Positions 19,135-28,991 of a DNA stretch of 64,000 bases are shown here, piece after piece. The notes under the pieces were generated by a model. That model saw only the letters and a program-made list of their open reading frames with translations. It was not told the origin of the DNA and searched no databases. Within the stretch, counting starts at the first letter, position 1; each line of letters begins with the position of its first letter. Source of the DNA: Desulfatiglandales bacterium (GTDB lineage: Bacteria; Desulfobacterota; DSM-4660; Desulfatiglandales; Desulfatiglandaceae); contig OY762721.1 in NCBI GenBank assembly GCA_963666345.1, forward strand, positions 2,016,001-2,080,000. Reading direction: 5' to 3'. The position numbers were made by a program, and so were the translations under genes.

Positions 19135-22100
19135 AAATCGTCGAAATATGCCACCTCCTGGTTGTCGGGATCAGTGCTCTCCCCGTTTATTCCAAGCGTG
19201 TGAAGACCGAATTCCGACACGTCATAAGTGTTTGCCAGCTGAAAATAGTCTGCTGTTGTATAGGTCCCGGTATAGACAATCACATTGTCCCCTTCGTTGT
19301 CCTTTCCCTTTTCAACCAATTTGATATCGGCAGAGGCACTTCCACAGCCGCTGGCCTCCGGGTTTTGAACCGTATGGCTTGTATAGCCGGTTTCTCCGTC
19401 AAACACGGGGCCGCCCGAATTCCTCAGTCCTCTCCAGACTATCTGGGAAAAATAGTCGCCTTCATAAGTCCACCTTATTGTGTCCCTTGGGACCGCCTCC
19501 CTTACATCGTCTTTCGGATACCCTAGGGTTCCGGCCTTTCCGTCCGGGTCCGTTATGAAAGCCGTTATCGCGTTCACCCTCTCGTTACCCTCGGCATCCC
19601 CTGTGCCGGTATCGCAGTCCAGGTTGCCTTCCATCTCATAGACCCTGACCAGTATGGTGGCCCAAGGCTTTATGTAGATCTTGTAATTATAGTCTGACTT
19701 TCTCTCCTCATTGCTGATAGTAGGCACTCGAATAAACCCCACCGGGCACGTGGTTGTACCGTCAAAGGTGTTAACAGGGTCCCCGGGGTCAGTAGGGTTT
19801 GCAGGGTCGACGGCATTATGCACATAATTGGCCGGGTCCCTGATTATAACATTGCTCGGGCCCGGAGAACCCAGGATTTCAACACCTTCCAGTGTGGTCG
19901 TACTCAATATGTTATACCTGTCCTTGAGCTTCCAGGACCAGTATTCGTTTTGATAATAAGGGGTTATGCCCGGATCAGGATTTGCACCTTCATAAAAAAG
20001 ATTAGTACTGCCTATCTTGTAGTGGTAGATACGTACCCTCACGGCATCTACAAGGGGGGAGTAGGCAAGCCACTCCCACGGTGAGTAGTCCGCCCCTCCA
20101 CCGCATCCGCCCGTGTTTACAGGATCTCCATCCGCGTTCGTGCTTACATCCTTCTGCCACAGAACTATGTAAGGAATACCGTCGAGCGGAGGGTCGTCAT
20201 TCCAGTTGGTCGGCGTAAAGGCCGAATCAGGGCAGGCCTGTATCTCCGACGCGTTTGTTGTGTCGCTGTGGTCGTTGAAAAAATTATCCGTTATATCATC
20301 GTTTTCCGTGAAACTATAGGTTGAACCGCCGCAACTTCCTGAGGATTCTTCATGTTCCTCGAGGCCCTGAAGACCGCGCAGAAAAGAAAGCCCGTAGTAT
20401 GTTGCCTGGCCGAAATTGCCTGCCTTGGGAGACCGTATCCGGAATGAAAGTCCGGGCATATAGCAGCCCGGGTGGTTTATGGGTGCGCTGTCCGTATCGT
20501 CTTCGGTCTCAGTGAATTTGACCTTTGCCTGTAAATCATAGGTAAGCTTGTTGCCCGATTTTTCCCATAGCTGTTTGAGAAAATTGGTTTCGAATGAGTG
20601 GTGGTCCCAGTTTACAACGGCAAGGCTTTCGCTGTGAAGAACCGGCCCGGTATGTCCATCCTGGGTGTAATTGGTGTATGAATATGTCTGCTCCGTGCTT
20701 GTTACCTTTAGGGCGCCGCCTTCAATGGCGTGGGTCCCGAGCTTTGATGAGATCTTTCCGGCATCCCCTGCGTCATTAAAATCGATGCCTCCCTCCACCT
20801 TCTTGTACAGTTCCACAGTCGACAGGGGCTGGTGCATCTTTACCGTCTGGGTGCTCTGTAAAGAGCCTGTCCCGGCGATCCCGGTGCTTGATATTACCGC
20901 ATGTTTTCCAAGAACCACCGGGGTGTTGCTGTTTACCGACACACCTGAAAATGAAAAAGAGACCCCTTTGGGATACTGGAGTCCTCTCAATTTCCCGTCT
21001 TTCTTTAACCTGTAGACCAGGAGCTGGTCATTGCCGGCAGCGTCCGTGAAGTTGATTATCCCGTTTACTTCGGGAAATATGGCAAGGTGCGCGATATCTG
21101 TTGGAGTCAACACATCATTTGCAAGGTCGGGATCCTCTCCGATCACACTTGCCGTCACGGTCTGGGCACTTGCCAGAAACGCGGGAAACACGTCTCCGGC
21201 CGTATATGAGACAGATCCGTTCAGGGCGAACCTCAGATTTCCTCCCGACCAGATGGTATTTGTGAATCTTTCGACAGATGTTCCGCCTGACACAGGGATC
21301 TGGATATACCCTGAAAGCCCGGCGGTTACATTATCAGGAAAAGATCCGAATGGAGACACCGTGATAGTGCCGGATGACCCGGATGAATTGTTGTCAAACC
21401 AGTAGCCGTCAAGGTCAAGGGCGAAGCTGTCGTTTCCAAGCGGGATCGAGCCGCCCAGGTTGAGGTCGTTTACAAACGCGGTATCGTTTCCGTCATGTTT
21501 GTGATATCGCTGGGCCGCGTAGGCAAGCCCTGATTCGGCAAGGTAGTAGGCCTGCTGTGAAATCTGGGGAGACACGGTGCCCACGGTGGAACTGCTGAAC
21601 ATGCCGACCATGGCGGCGGAAAGGACGGCCATGATAACGATCGTTATTATGATGCCTATCAGAATGGCTCCCGTTGTGTTTCTGATAAATCTTAAGGCTT
21701 TCACTTTTTTCTCCTTTTTGGCAACCAGCCTGAAAATCAGCCATGCAACGACTGCGAAGGCCATAAAGGCCCATGGAAAATGAAAGGTCAAAAAGAGCAG
21801 CCCTGTCACCGGCAGAAACATGACCTTCAAAAAGGGAAGAAGCCCGGGGATCTTGTCCGCGAGCAGGCACAGCCTGGGGCTGATGAGGTTATAGAGGGAA
21901 ACCATTTTTCCGCCGATTGTTCCCGCCTCAAGCATCTTCCGCCTGGCCTCCCTGTAAAGGTCAATAATTGCCGGGCCGCCGTCTTTGTAGATTCGTGACT
22001 TGATAAAGCAACTGAACTCACTGCTTGTAGTACCCGCGGATGCTCCGGGAGCGCCGGTCGAGGGAATAAATGTGTTTCTCGGAACCACACGATCTGAAAA

Positions 22101-22613
22101 CTGCATGGTCTGGCTGCCGTCACCCCCTGCAAGGGTCAGGTTTACCGTCACATAGGAAAGCTCCGAAATCAGGTCCCCCAAGGACCATGATCCTGCTCCC
22201 CCTGACTGGGTCTGAAAGTCGAGGGTAAAGGACTGGACCACGTCCACAAGATCATGAGGGCCGCTGCTGCCGCTGCTGTCGGTTACGGTCAGGGTCAGTG
22301 GAGTGTCCACAGTCCCGGACCAGGCATAGGTCTCAGTTATATTTTCCCCGTTGCTGAGCCTGTCCAGGGTTATGGAGTTGGCACCGGCCGCTGTTATGAG
22401 AGTAAGATTTGCGATCGATCTCCTGAGCCTTGTCAACGGCAGCACGTTTTTCTGGCCCATCTCCGTCGTGTTTTTTGTAAAGATAAACGCCTTTGACGCC
22501 TGCACAATGCCAAGACCCGCCACAGAGGCAAGCACACCCACCAGCAGAAGTACCGCGATCAATTCTATAAGGGAAAATCCTTTGTTTCTGCCGCCCTTTT
22601 TATTAAAAGTCAT
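19074..22613 (-). CDS. Large pilin polyprotein: prepilin (PilW/MshO-like) + CFI-box-CTERM-like segment + PilX-like pilin with large extracellular domain
   Basis: KG|FSLIE N-terminus; SCFI...YNLISP...FLPV membrane segment; second TG|AILIG...QAYYLAESG motif; ATG at 22613. Confidence 0.8.
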   Translation of the reverse strand: MTFNKKGGRNKGFSLIELIAVLLLVGVLASVAGLGIVQASKAFIFTKNTTEMGQKNVLPLTRLRRSIANLTLITAAGANSITLDRLSNGENITETYAWSGTVDTPLTLTVTDSSGSSGPHDLVDVVQSFTLDFQTQSGGAGSWSLGDLISELSYVTVNLTLAGGDGSQTMQFSDRVVPRNTFIPSTGAPGASAGTTSSEFSCFIKSRIYKDGGPAIIDLYREARRKMLEAGTIGGKMVSLYNLISPRLCLLADKIPGLLPFLKVMFLPVTGLLFLTFHFPWAFMAFAVVAWLIFRLVAKKEKKVKALRFIRNTTGAILIGIIITIVIMAVLSAAMVGMFSSSTVGTVSPQISQQAYYLAESGLAYAAQRYHKHDGNDTAFVNDLNLGGSIPLGNDSFALDLDGYWFDNNSSGSSGTITVSPFGSFPDNVTAGLSGYIQIPVSGGTSVERFTNTIWSGGNLRFALNGSVSYTAGDVFPAFLASAQTVTASVIGEDPDLANDVLTPTDIAHLAIFPEVNGIINFTDAAGNDQLLVYRLKKDGKLRGLQYPKGVSFSFSGVSVNSNTPVVLGKHAVISSTGIAGTGSLQSTQTVKMHQPLSTVELYKKVEGGIDFNDAGDAGKISSKLGTHAIEGGALKVTSTEQTYSYTNYTQDGHTGPVLHSESLAVVNWDHHSFETNFLKQLWEKSGNKLTYDLQAKVKFTETEDDTDSAPINHPGCYMPGLSFRIRSPKAGNFGQATYYGLSFLRGLQGLEEHEESSGSCGGSTYSFTENDDITDNFFNDHSDTTNASEIQACPDSAFTPTNWNDDPPLDGIPYIVLWQKDVSTNADGDPVNTGGCGGGADYSPWEWLAYSPLVDAVRVRIYHYKIGSTNLFYEGANPDPGITPYYQNEYWSWKLKDRYNILSTTTLEGVEILGSPGPSNVIIRDPANYVHNAVDPANPTDPGDPVNTFDGTTTCPVGFIRVPTISNEERKSDYNYKIYIKPWATILVRVYEMEGNLDCDTGTGDAEGNERVNAITAFITDPDGKAGTLGYPKDDVREAVPRDTIRWTYEGDYFSQIVWRGLRNSGGPVFDGETGYTSHTVQNPEASGCGSASADIKLVEKGKDNEGDNVIVYTGTYTTADYFQLANTYDVSEFGLHTLGINGESTDPDNQEVAYFDDFYWLLWEGGQSGLFPGVREQ

Positions 22614-22662
22614 AATATTACCCTGTCTTAAAGTTGAGGAATTCGTAAAAAGGCATAATTGA

Positions 22663-22787
22663 GACGGCAAAGTAAAAAGCTCCAAATGCAAGGCTTGCGA
22701 ATCTTGAGGAATGAGGCGTACTTACAGTACGCCGCAATGACGAAAGATGAAGCATAACGCAGCAGTTGGACTTTTTACAAAGCCGTC
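22663..22787 (+). mobile_element. 125-bp MITE-like element (family G), copy 1
   Basis: Imperfect ~20-bp terminal IRs GACGGC...GTAAAAAG / CTTTTTAC...GCCGTC; copies at 30161 and 52760. Confidence 0.82.
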
Positions 22788-22791
22788 AAAG

Positions 22792-23214
22792 TTACTCTAT
22801 CAAAAGAAAAGATGTTGTCAGGCCATCCTCCCCGGAGGTCGGAGTCACCGTCACTTTTAGTATGCCTTCAGAGCCGCCGTCTGCTATCTCGTTGAAGCCG
22901 GAGTCATACGCGATATACTGTGTTGAAACAGTGGCTCTCGAGTTGTCATACTTATTGCCGTCTATATCAGCTTTCATGCCTGAAAGGGCACCGGAAGACA
23001 TGTGCATGTAATCGGCCATATAGTCTGCTATTATGTTGTCCGCCACCTGGTTCCTCTCATAGAACCTGGCCATTGTTATGGCAGGAAAGGCGCTTTTCTG
23101 AAGGGCGGTCCCTGTGAAGGAGATGAGCATGGACCCCATTATTGCCGCGATTATGATAGCAATTATCACTTCAATAAGGGTAAAGCCGCTATTGTCTTTT
23201 CTCTTTTTTATCAT
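22792..23214 (-). CDS. Minor pilin (prepilin N-terminal cleavage/methylation domain)
   Basis: SG|FTLIEVII. Confidence 0.9.
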   Translation of the reverse strand: MIKKRKDNSGFTLIEVIIAIIIAAIMGSMLISFTGTALQKSAFPAITMARFYERNQVADNIIADYMADYMHMSSGALSGMKADIDGNKYDNSRATVSTQYIAYDSGFNEIADGGSEGILKVTVTPTSGEDGLTTSFLLIE

Positions 23215-23696
23215 GGTATAAATCCTGTTACGGGAGTAACTGTAATTGATTCACTTATAAAGGATAAAGACCCGGACATCGGAGTTCCGCAGTTGGGATC
23301 CGTGTAAGGCGCCCCCCACCAGTCAAACGCGATTGTGTCATTGCATGAAAGATTTGACTGCAGGGTTACGACATCTGAATCAGCACCGGGAAGAGCAACC
23401 TTTTCATTCGCTGAAAAAGTGTTGTCATCGTTGTCATTTCTGTAAAGGGAATAGGTTGACCCGACAAACTTGATTCCCCACCGCTTGGCGCTGTCGGCCA
23501 TGGCCCTGCTCTGGGCATACCTGAGATGGCTTTTTACCAGTTCAATGTCCGCGATCTTATCCGCGTTTATTGTATTGGCCCTGCTTATTACAATTGCTGA
23601 AACGATTCCTATAACAATCAGGGTCACAACCACCTCAATTATAGTAAATCCTGAGCAATTCATGCTTCCGCCGGAACCTGATCTTTTTACAACCAT
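23211..23696 (-). CDS. Minor pilin, FimT/GspH/MshC-like
   Basis: SG|FTIIEVV...LRYAQSRAM. Confidence 0.9.
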   Translation of the reverse strand: MVVKRSGSGGSMNCSGFTIIEVVVTLIVIGIVSAIVISRANTINADKIADIELVKSHLRYAQSRAMADSAKRWGIKFVGSTYSLYRNDNDDNTFSANEKVALPGADSDVVTLQSNLSCNDTIAFDWWGAPYTDPNCGTPMSGSLSFISESITVTPVTGFIP

Positions 23697-23745
23697 TTTT
23701 TTAATTACCCCTTCTCTTTCAGTTCTTCAGACCTACCCAATTCTG

Positions 23746-24345
23746 TTAACTCTGGAAGCTGATGTTGGAGGAGTACCTGTCCATCACATAAGTGAGCAGG
23801 CCTCCTATTATTATGCTTCCGATCGTAAGAGGCAGCAGGGCAAGGGCCACAATCGGAATTTTCAGATCCATCTGAAGAAATATGTTATTCATGATGATTG
23901 CACCCACATATATAAGAATGCCGAGCCTGGCAGATCTTACCGACACGGGCCGGCCCGATATAAACGATATGCCGAGAAGAGCAAAGCCTACGGCAACGCC
24001 AAAAGCGACCTCCGGCTGATAGAGCAGCCAGACTGCGTTATAACCGGCGCTGGTGATCGTTTCCATGCTCAATAAAAACATGAGTCCCACCACAAGATAA
24101 AAAAGGCTTACAAGCATAAAGAAGAAACCGCACTGCCTGCCGGTGATGCCTTCAGGAAATAGACTCAGCCCCTTTATTGCACGAGGCTGTATAAGAAAGT
24201 CCCGGAGCCTTTTAAGCGCCCCGTACCGGGACGGACAAGTTCCCATCCGGGCCATGACCAGATCGGTAAAATCATCAGGTGCGGCAACCCGGGGAGTCTT
24301 TTCAAGGATATTTATGATGTGCTGAAATTTTTCTTGTTTTTTCAA
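23746..24345 (-). CDS. Putative membrane anti-sigma factor
   Basis: N-terminal APDDFTDLVMARM plus several TM segments, downstream of ECF sigma; TTG start at 24345 inferred. Confidence 0.6.
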   Translation of the reverse strand: MKKQEKFQHIINILEKTPRVAAPDDFTDLVMARMGTCPSRYGALKRLRDFLIQPRAIKGLSLFPEGITGRQCGFFFMLVSLFYLVVGLMFLLSMETITSAGYNAVWLLYQPEVAFGVAVGFALLGISFISGRPVSVRSARLGILIYVGAIIMNNIFLQMDLKIPIVALALLPLTIGSIIIGGLLTYVMDRYSSNISFQS

Positions 24346-24354
24346 GTCGTTCTC

Positions 24355-24610
24355 GCCTTCTAATAACGAATAACAAATAACCGTGTCCTCATTTTCTTTG
24401 CCGCCCGCTTCGCTTGACAAAACAGGATCAAAACAAATGTAAAGATTTTTTACTCTGCCGACATTGGCAGAGCAAAAGCTTCGTTTGCTTCGCAAAAGGG
24501 CATAGCATCTCTATTTTGCAATGTTTGAATACTCTCACAACCAATAACAAATAACCATACTCTTGCTTTTTCAGTTTCACCCCTCGACCCCTTGAAACCG
24601 GGAACCCTTA
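24355..24610. repeat. Intergenic repeat mosaic (family C, TAACAAA 7-mers, 9-mers)
   Basis: 24401-24498 matches 2491-2587. Confidence 0.85.
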
Positions 24611-24652
24611 TTTATATATACCCCCCAGCATGGAAAAAGTCACAGGCCCTTT

Positions 24653-25195
24653 TTACTTTTCGTTCATCATCCTGTTGAGCCCTTCAAGCCCCCTGTAGAC
24701 CCGCATTTTGGCCGAGCTTACAGAGCAGGCCGTGATTTCGGCAATCTCATCAAATGAGAGATCCTGGTAGAACCTCAGGACAACCGCCTCTTTGAGCTTG
24801 ACAGGCAGTCTGTCAAGACAACTGGATATCCGAAGCACCTCCTCCTGTTGGATCATGTCCTGTTCCGGATCAGGGGGGCTGTTTTGCGAATGATAATCGG
24901 CCCCCCGCATCCGGTTATTCACATAATTCTTCTTTTTCTTCAGATGATTGCGGATGAGATTAAGCCCTATGGTGTAAAGCCAGGTGAAAAACCTCCTTTT
25001 CCGGTCAAAACGCCCCAGATTTTCAAATGCCTTTACAAAGGTCTCCTGCGCCAGATCGCCTGCCTCCTCGTACGACCCGGTCATGCGAAAGGCAAGGTTG
25101 AAAACAGGGGCATTGTATTTGTGGACAAGTGCGGCATAGGAGTCCCTGTCTCCCGCCATAATCCTTTCAATTATGGAATGATCTTCTTCTGACAT
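24653..25195 (-). CDS. ECF RNA polymerase sigma factor
   Basis: DLAQETF.KA, FFTWLY.I, region 4 LSFDEIAE...KMRVYRG. Confidence 0.94.
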   Translation of the reverse strand: MSEEDHSIIERIMAGDRDSYAALVHKYNAPVFNLAFRMTGSYEEAGDLAQETFVKAFENLGRFDRKRRFFTWLYTIGLNLIRNHLKKKKNYVNNRMRGADYHSQNSPPDPEQDMIQQEEVLRISSCLDRLPVKLKEAVVLRFYQDLSFDEIAEITACSVSSAKMRVYRGLEGLNRMMNEK

Positions 25196-25440
25196 TACGT
25201 GCCCTGAGGGTCATGGCGCGCCGTGCGCCGGTAATAGAGGTTCGAGATCATTATTTAAGACGGGGTCTCAAAACCGGTAGAAATGCTCCTGGATCAGGCT
25301 CTTTGCTGAATGTGCTAAAATTATCAATGGCTTTGCAAATTTTCAACGAAATTTTTGGATCATCTCCCGATTAGTTGGTGTTAAACAGGGCCGAATAAAG
25401 GAATTCTTCTTATTTAAGCGGCTGAGAACTCGTAGGATTC

Positions 25441-25497
25441 TTCGCCCTCGCTTAGCTCAGCTCAGTCCCACTGTTTCGCAGCGGGTTCCCAGTCTCA
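25441..25497 (+). repeat. Family A mini-element (diverged)
   Basis: CTCAGTCCCACTGTTTCGCAGCGGGTTCCC core. Confidence 0.82.
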
Positions 25498-25521
25498 AGG
25501 ATTCCAGTGCTCCATTGAAAC

Positions 25522-25690
25522 GGCGGATAAAACCGCTAAAGCATTACAAAGATTTAAAGCTGTTGCAGAGATCCTGCGAATGTTTTTCAGGTATATAGAA
25601 TAAATGAAAAATTCTCAAATAACATGGGGTACACAGAGATCACAAAATTGTTAAAAATGCCGATAAAATCCTTAGAAAACAAACCCTTGA
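25522..25690 (+). pseudogene. Decayed four-helix-bundle gene (internally deleted)
   Basis: Reads LKHYKDLKL... and IKSLENKPL, matching both ends of 50701-51072. Confidence 0.7.
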
Positions 25691-25801
25691 TCGGTTGACT
25701 CATCATCATGAAATCATTGAAACCTGTAGGACGAAACATGCGGCTTCACAGATAAAAAAAGAAGAAATCTTCAACACCTGGTGACATTTTATGAATGGGA
25801 A

Positions 25802-27049
25802 CTAAAAACCACCAAAAATAGGATCAATTAGACACAAGTAATAGTTGAACGAGGCAACTATACCAGTGAGTATTTCCGCAAAAAAAGATAACCCGGAAAA
25901 TAGCAATATAACTGCAGTAAAAGACTTTTTAAAAGTAGATTTAATACCAAGCTCGATTCTTCGAATAGTTTCGGTAGTTAGAATCGAAAACAGCAATATT
26001 GAAGGTGGCGTAATTAGGATTATATAGCGAACAACTTTGGAATAGCCTAAGTAGGCTAATATGACATGAAAAATTATAACCACAAATATCCACATGAAAA
26101 GACACGCACCTTGGCGTCTTAAGCTTTTATTTTTCCATAAAAATATATAAAGAAAAATTGAGGGGATAAAAGTACACATAATTCTTGGCAACAACGATAA
26201 ATATATCCAATGAGATCGAATTACAGTCAGATATTTAACATAATTATTGCTTTCAATAAGGCTATCGCATGGCTTGCCCGCCCAGCCGGGAAAAGGTGTG
26301 CCTACTTTAATCCACTGATAAACCTCCCAGGGGGTTTGCACTAGAATTGCTGGTACAATTAAATATGGAACAAATCGCAGGAATTTCTTCTTATCTGTAC
26401 AAAGAAGCCAGGCCAGAGCGGTAATGCCTGGAAAAATCAGGAACGCTGTTAATTTTATTAGGCTGGCATATCCCAAAAGCAGGCCGGAAATAATAGCCAG
26501 CAAAGCACTTTCACGCTTTACAGCCCAGATAAAAACAGCAGAGGCAAGAGTGGAAAAACCCAATAACGGGCCATCCAACCAGTAATATATTGTGACGTGA
26601 GCCATGATTGGACTAAAGGCAGAGAGCCCGGCAACCAGAAGTAATCCGATGCTTGATGACGCCAAGCCGAACAGACGCGCCAGAAGAATCATACTACAAA
26701 AGAAAAGGACATAGCTAAAGAGTTGTGCAAGAGGAAAACCCCAAATTCCAATAACATTATAAAATAACCAAAATAATGCTATGCCTCCTGGTGGATGAAA
26801 AAAAAGCGGTTTGTCATATCCATTTCTATCGATTATGTCTAGTTCCAGCAGAGGCGTCCCCTGGAGGGTATAACCATTTCCGCTATCCAACTGTTTAACC
26901 AATTCAATATAAATGATTTCATCGATCTCATTGTGTGCCACTACAAAAACTACTAGACGTAAACAAAAGCCCAGAAAAAACAAGACCATCACAATTTTCC
27001 ATCGTGAAATAAATGATCTAAGGCTAGAAAGAAAATTGATTTCAGTCAT
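25802..27049 (-). CDS. GT-C fold (ArnT/PMT-like) membrane glycosyltransferase
   Basis: EIDEIIY acidic loop, FHPPG, many TM segments; AT-rich. Confidence 0.78.
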   Translation of the reverse strand: MTEINFLSSLRSFISRWKIVMVLFFLGFCLRLVVFVVAHNEIDEIIYIELVKQLDSGNGYTLQGTPLLELDIIDRNGYDKPLFFHPPGGIALFWLFYNVIGIWGFPLAQLFSYVLFFCSMILLARLFGLASSSIGLLLVAGLSAFSPIMAHVTIYYWLDGPLLGFSTLASAVFIWAVKRESALLAIISGLLLGYASLIKLTAFLIFPGITALAWLLCTDKKKFLRFVPYLIVPAILVQTPWEVYQWIKVGTPFPGWAGKPCDSLIESNNYVKYLTVIRSHWIYLSLLPRIMCTFIPSIFLYIFLWKNKSLRRQGACLFMWIFVVIIFHVILAYLGYSKVVRYIILITPPSILLFSILTTETIRRIELGIKSTFKKSFTAVILLFSGLSFFAEILTGIVASFNYYLCLIDPIFGGF

Positions 27050-27617
27050 CTGTGTGCATTATCCCAATCATTATGTTGACATCATCATGATCCTGGAAGT
27101 GAATCCCATTTATTTTACAGCCTGATGGACACAAGCTATAATCCCCAAAAATGTATAAACAAGAAAAAGCATCAGACAGCTTCGGCAAATGGGCGAGGTA
27201 AATCGCAGTAAACCTCACCTGATGTTTTACCGTCAAGAGAAGAATGGCATCTGATGACAATATTGTTCTTAATCCACTTGCTAAACCCCAAGCAAACACA
27301 GAGACTTTCCCGTATCAAATGAATGCAGCAGATGTAATGATATTTTAATATCCGCCGTATATTGGTTTATAAATATAAGAAAAAGATCCATTTACAACAA
27401 TTTGGAGTTCTATTAATATAATATTGTTAATAAATTAGTATCAATCCAGGAATGGACTATTTCCGGATGTTGCTTTCAGCCCCGCCACATTCACGGCGGG
27501 CAAGCATCAGCCATCGGCAAGTAACCAATAACCTCTCGCCCCGCTATGTCTGTTTTGTCAAACGAAGCGGGAGGTAAAAGAAAGGGGTCAAGGAGCCGAG
27601 GGGCCTAGGGTTCAAGT

Positions 27618-27860
27618 GATCCGCCACAGAACAGGCGGATAAAAATACTTAAAAATTATAGGAGGTTAAACATCCGGCAGAAATCTCATGCACCTTGGTT
27701 GCATATCTATAAAGAAACGAAACGTTTTTTATGCATGAGCGATACGAGTTTATCTTCAAGATCATAAGATCCGAGGTATCCGTACCATGGAATACCGCAT
27801 GAGCATATGTGGGATTCCTCTATATTGCATATGGTTCAGTCACTGAACTGGAAACCGTGA
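27618..27860 (+). pseudogene. Decayed four-helix-bundle gene
   Basis: Same upstream hairpin GATCCGCCACAGAACAGGCGGATAAAAAT as the 51072 copy; reads ...VSVPWN..FLYIAYGSVTELET with stops and shifts. Confidence 0.78.
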
Positions 27861-27976
27861 GCCATGATATTGGGTCAGTCGGGTTATCCTCGAACCCTTG
27901 AATCCTGGAACCCTTGGACCCTCTTCGACAACTAAGTTGGAGAAAAAGCATAATATTAAAATTCGGAGAAGCGATA

Positions 27977-28741
27977 GTGTTTAAAGACAAAAAGGTCATC
28001 GTGGTCATGCCGGCCTACAATGCTGAAAAGACCCTGCGGAAAACGCACAAAGAGGTCCTGGATCAGCAGATAGTGGATCTGATCATACTGGTGGATGACG
28101 GAAGCTCCGACAGGACGGTAAAGGTTGCTGAAACCCTGCCTGATACGATGGTGTTCGTTCATGAAAAAAACAGGGGGTACGGGGCAAACCAGAAGAGCTG
28201 CTACCGTCTTGCGCTTGAGCAGGGTGCGGATATAGTAGTAATGGTGCATCCCGACTACCAGTACACCCCTAAGCTGATCCCGGCAATGGCCTCTTTAATC
28301 GGAAACGGGCTTTACCATTGCGTGCTCGGCTCAAGGGTCCTTGGCGGTCAGGCCCTGAAAGGAGGCATGCCCTGGTGGAAATACCTTTCAAACAGGGTCC
28401 TTACCATGGCTGAAAACCTCCTGACCGGGGCAAAGCTGTCCGAATATCACACAGGCTACAGGGCCTTTTCAAGAAAGCTCCTCGAGCAGTTGCCGCTTGA
28501 GCAGAATTCAGATGATTTTGTGTTTGACAACCAGATGCTTGCCCAGATCATCCGGCTCGGTCACACCATAGGAGAGATAAGCTGCCCCGCCAAATACTTT
28601 GAAGACGCCTCTTCCATAAACCTTTCACGCAGCATCAGGTACGGCATGGGCTGCCTGGGGGTGGCCTTGAGCTTTTTTGCGGCCCGGGTGGGACTCACAA
28701 AAGAGAGAAGGTTAAAAAAAAGGGTCCCAGGAGCCAAGTGA
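27977..28741 (+). CDS. GT2 polyprenyl-phosphate glycosyltransferase
   Basis: VVMPAYN, VDDGS.D, HPDYQY, TGYRAF; GTG start with RBS. Confidence 0.92.
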   Translation: MFKDKKVIVVMPAYNAEKTLRKTHKEVLDQQIVDLIILVDDGSSDRTVKVAETLPDTMVFVHEKNRGYGANQKSCYRLALEQGADIVVMVHPDYQYTPKLIPAMASLIGNGLYHCVLGSRVLGGQALKGGMPWWKYLSNRVLTMAENLLTGAKLSEYHTGYRAFSRKLLEQLPLEQNSDDFVFDNQMLAQIIRLGHTIGEISCPAKYFEDASSINLSRSIRYGMGCLGVALSFFAARVGLTKERRLKKRVPGAK

Positions 28742-28939
28742 ACCACGAAGAAACAGCATGTTTTTTCTCCGTGTTCTCTGTGGTTTCTGTGAGAAATAAA
28801 AGGCATTTGAACTTCAGGCCCCAACTGGTGAAACTGAAACCGCTGTTCAACTTTTGGGAAGCAAACGAAGCTTTTGATTTGCCAATGTCGGGAGAGTAAA
28901 AATATTTTTGACAACAGGTTTTAAGGGTACGTTACAGGA

Positions 28940-28968
28940 GAAACGCATAAAATCATGGGCGTCCCCCT
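28940..28968 (+). repeat. Solo copy of the 29-bp repeat (1 mismatch)
   Basis: GAAACGCATAAAATCATGGGCGTCCCCCT. Confidence 0.88.
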
Positions 28969-28991
28969 TTTTTGACTGGCAACGCAGTCGG

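Noticed and set aside
22614..22691. Extended N-termini in the ORF track (also 24346-24495, 27914-27976, 30114-30149, 51073-51126)
   Set aside because: Extensions run through intergenic repeats; downstream starts with RBS fit the families better
27042..27299. 85-aa ORF upstream of the GT-C gene
   Set aside because: No recognisable motifs; possibly a decayed membrane-gene fragment but unsupported
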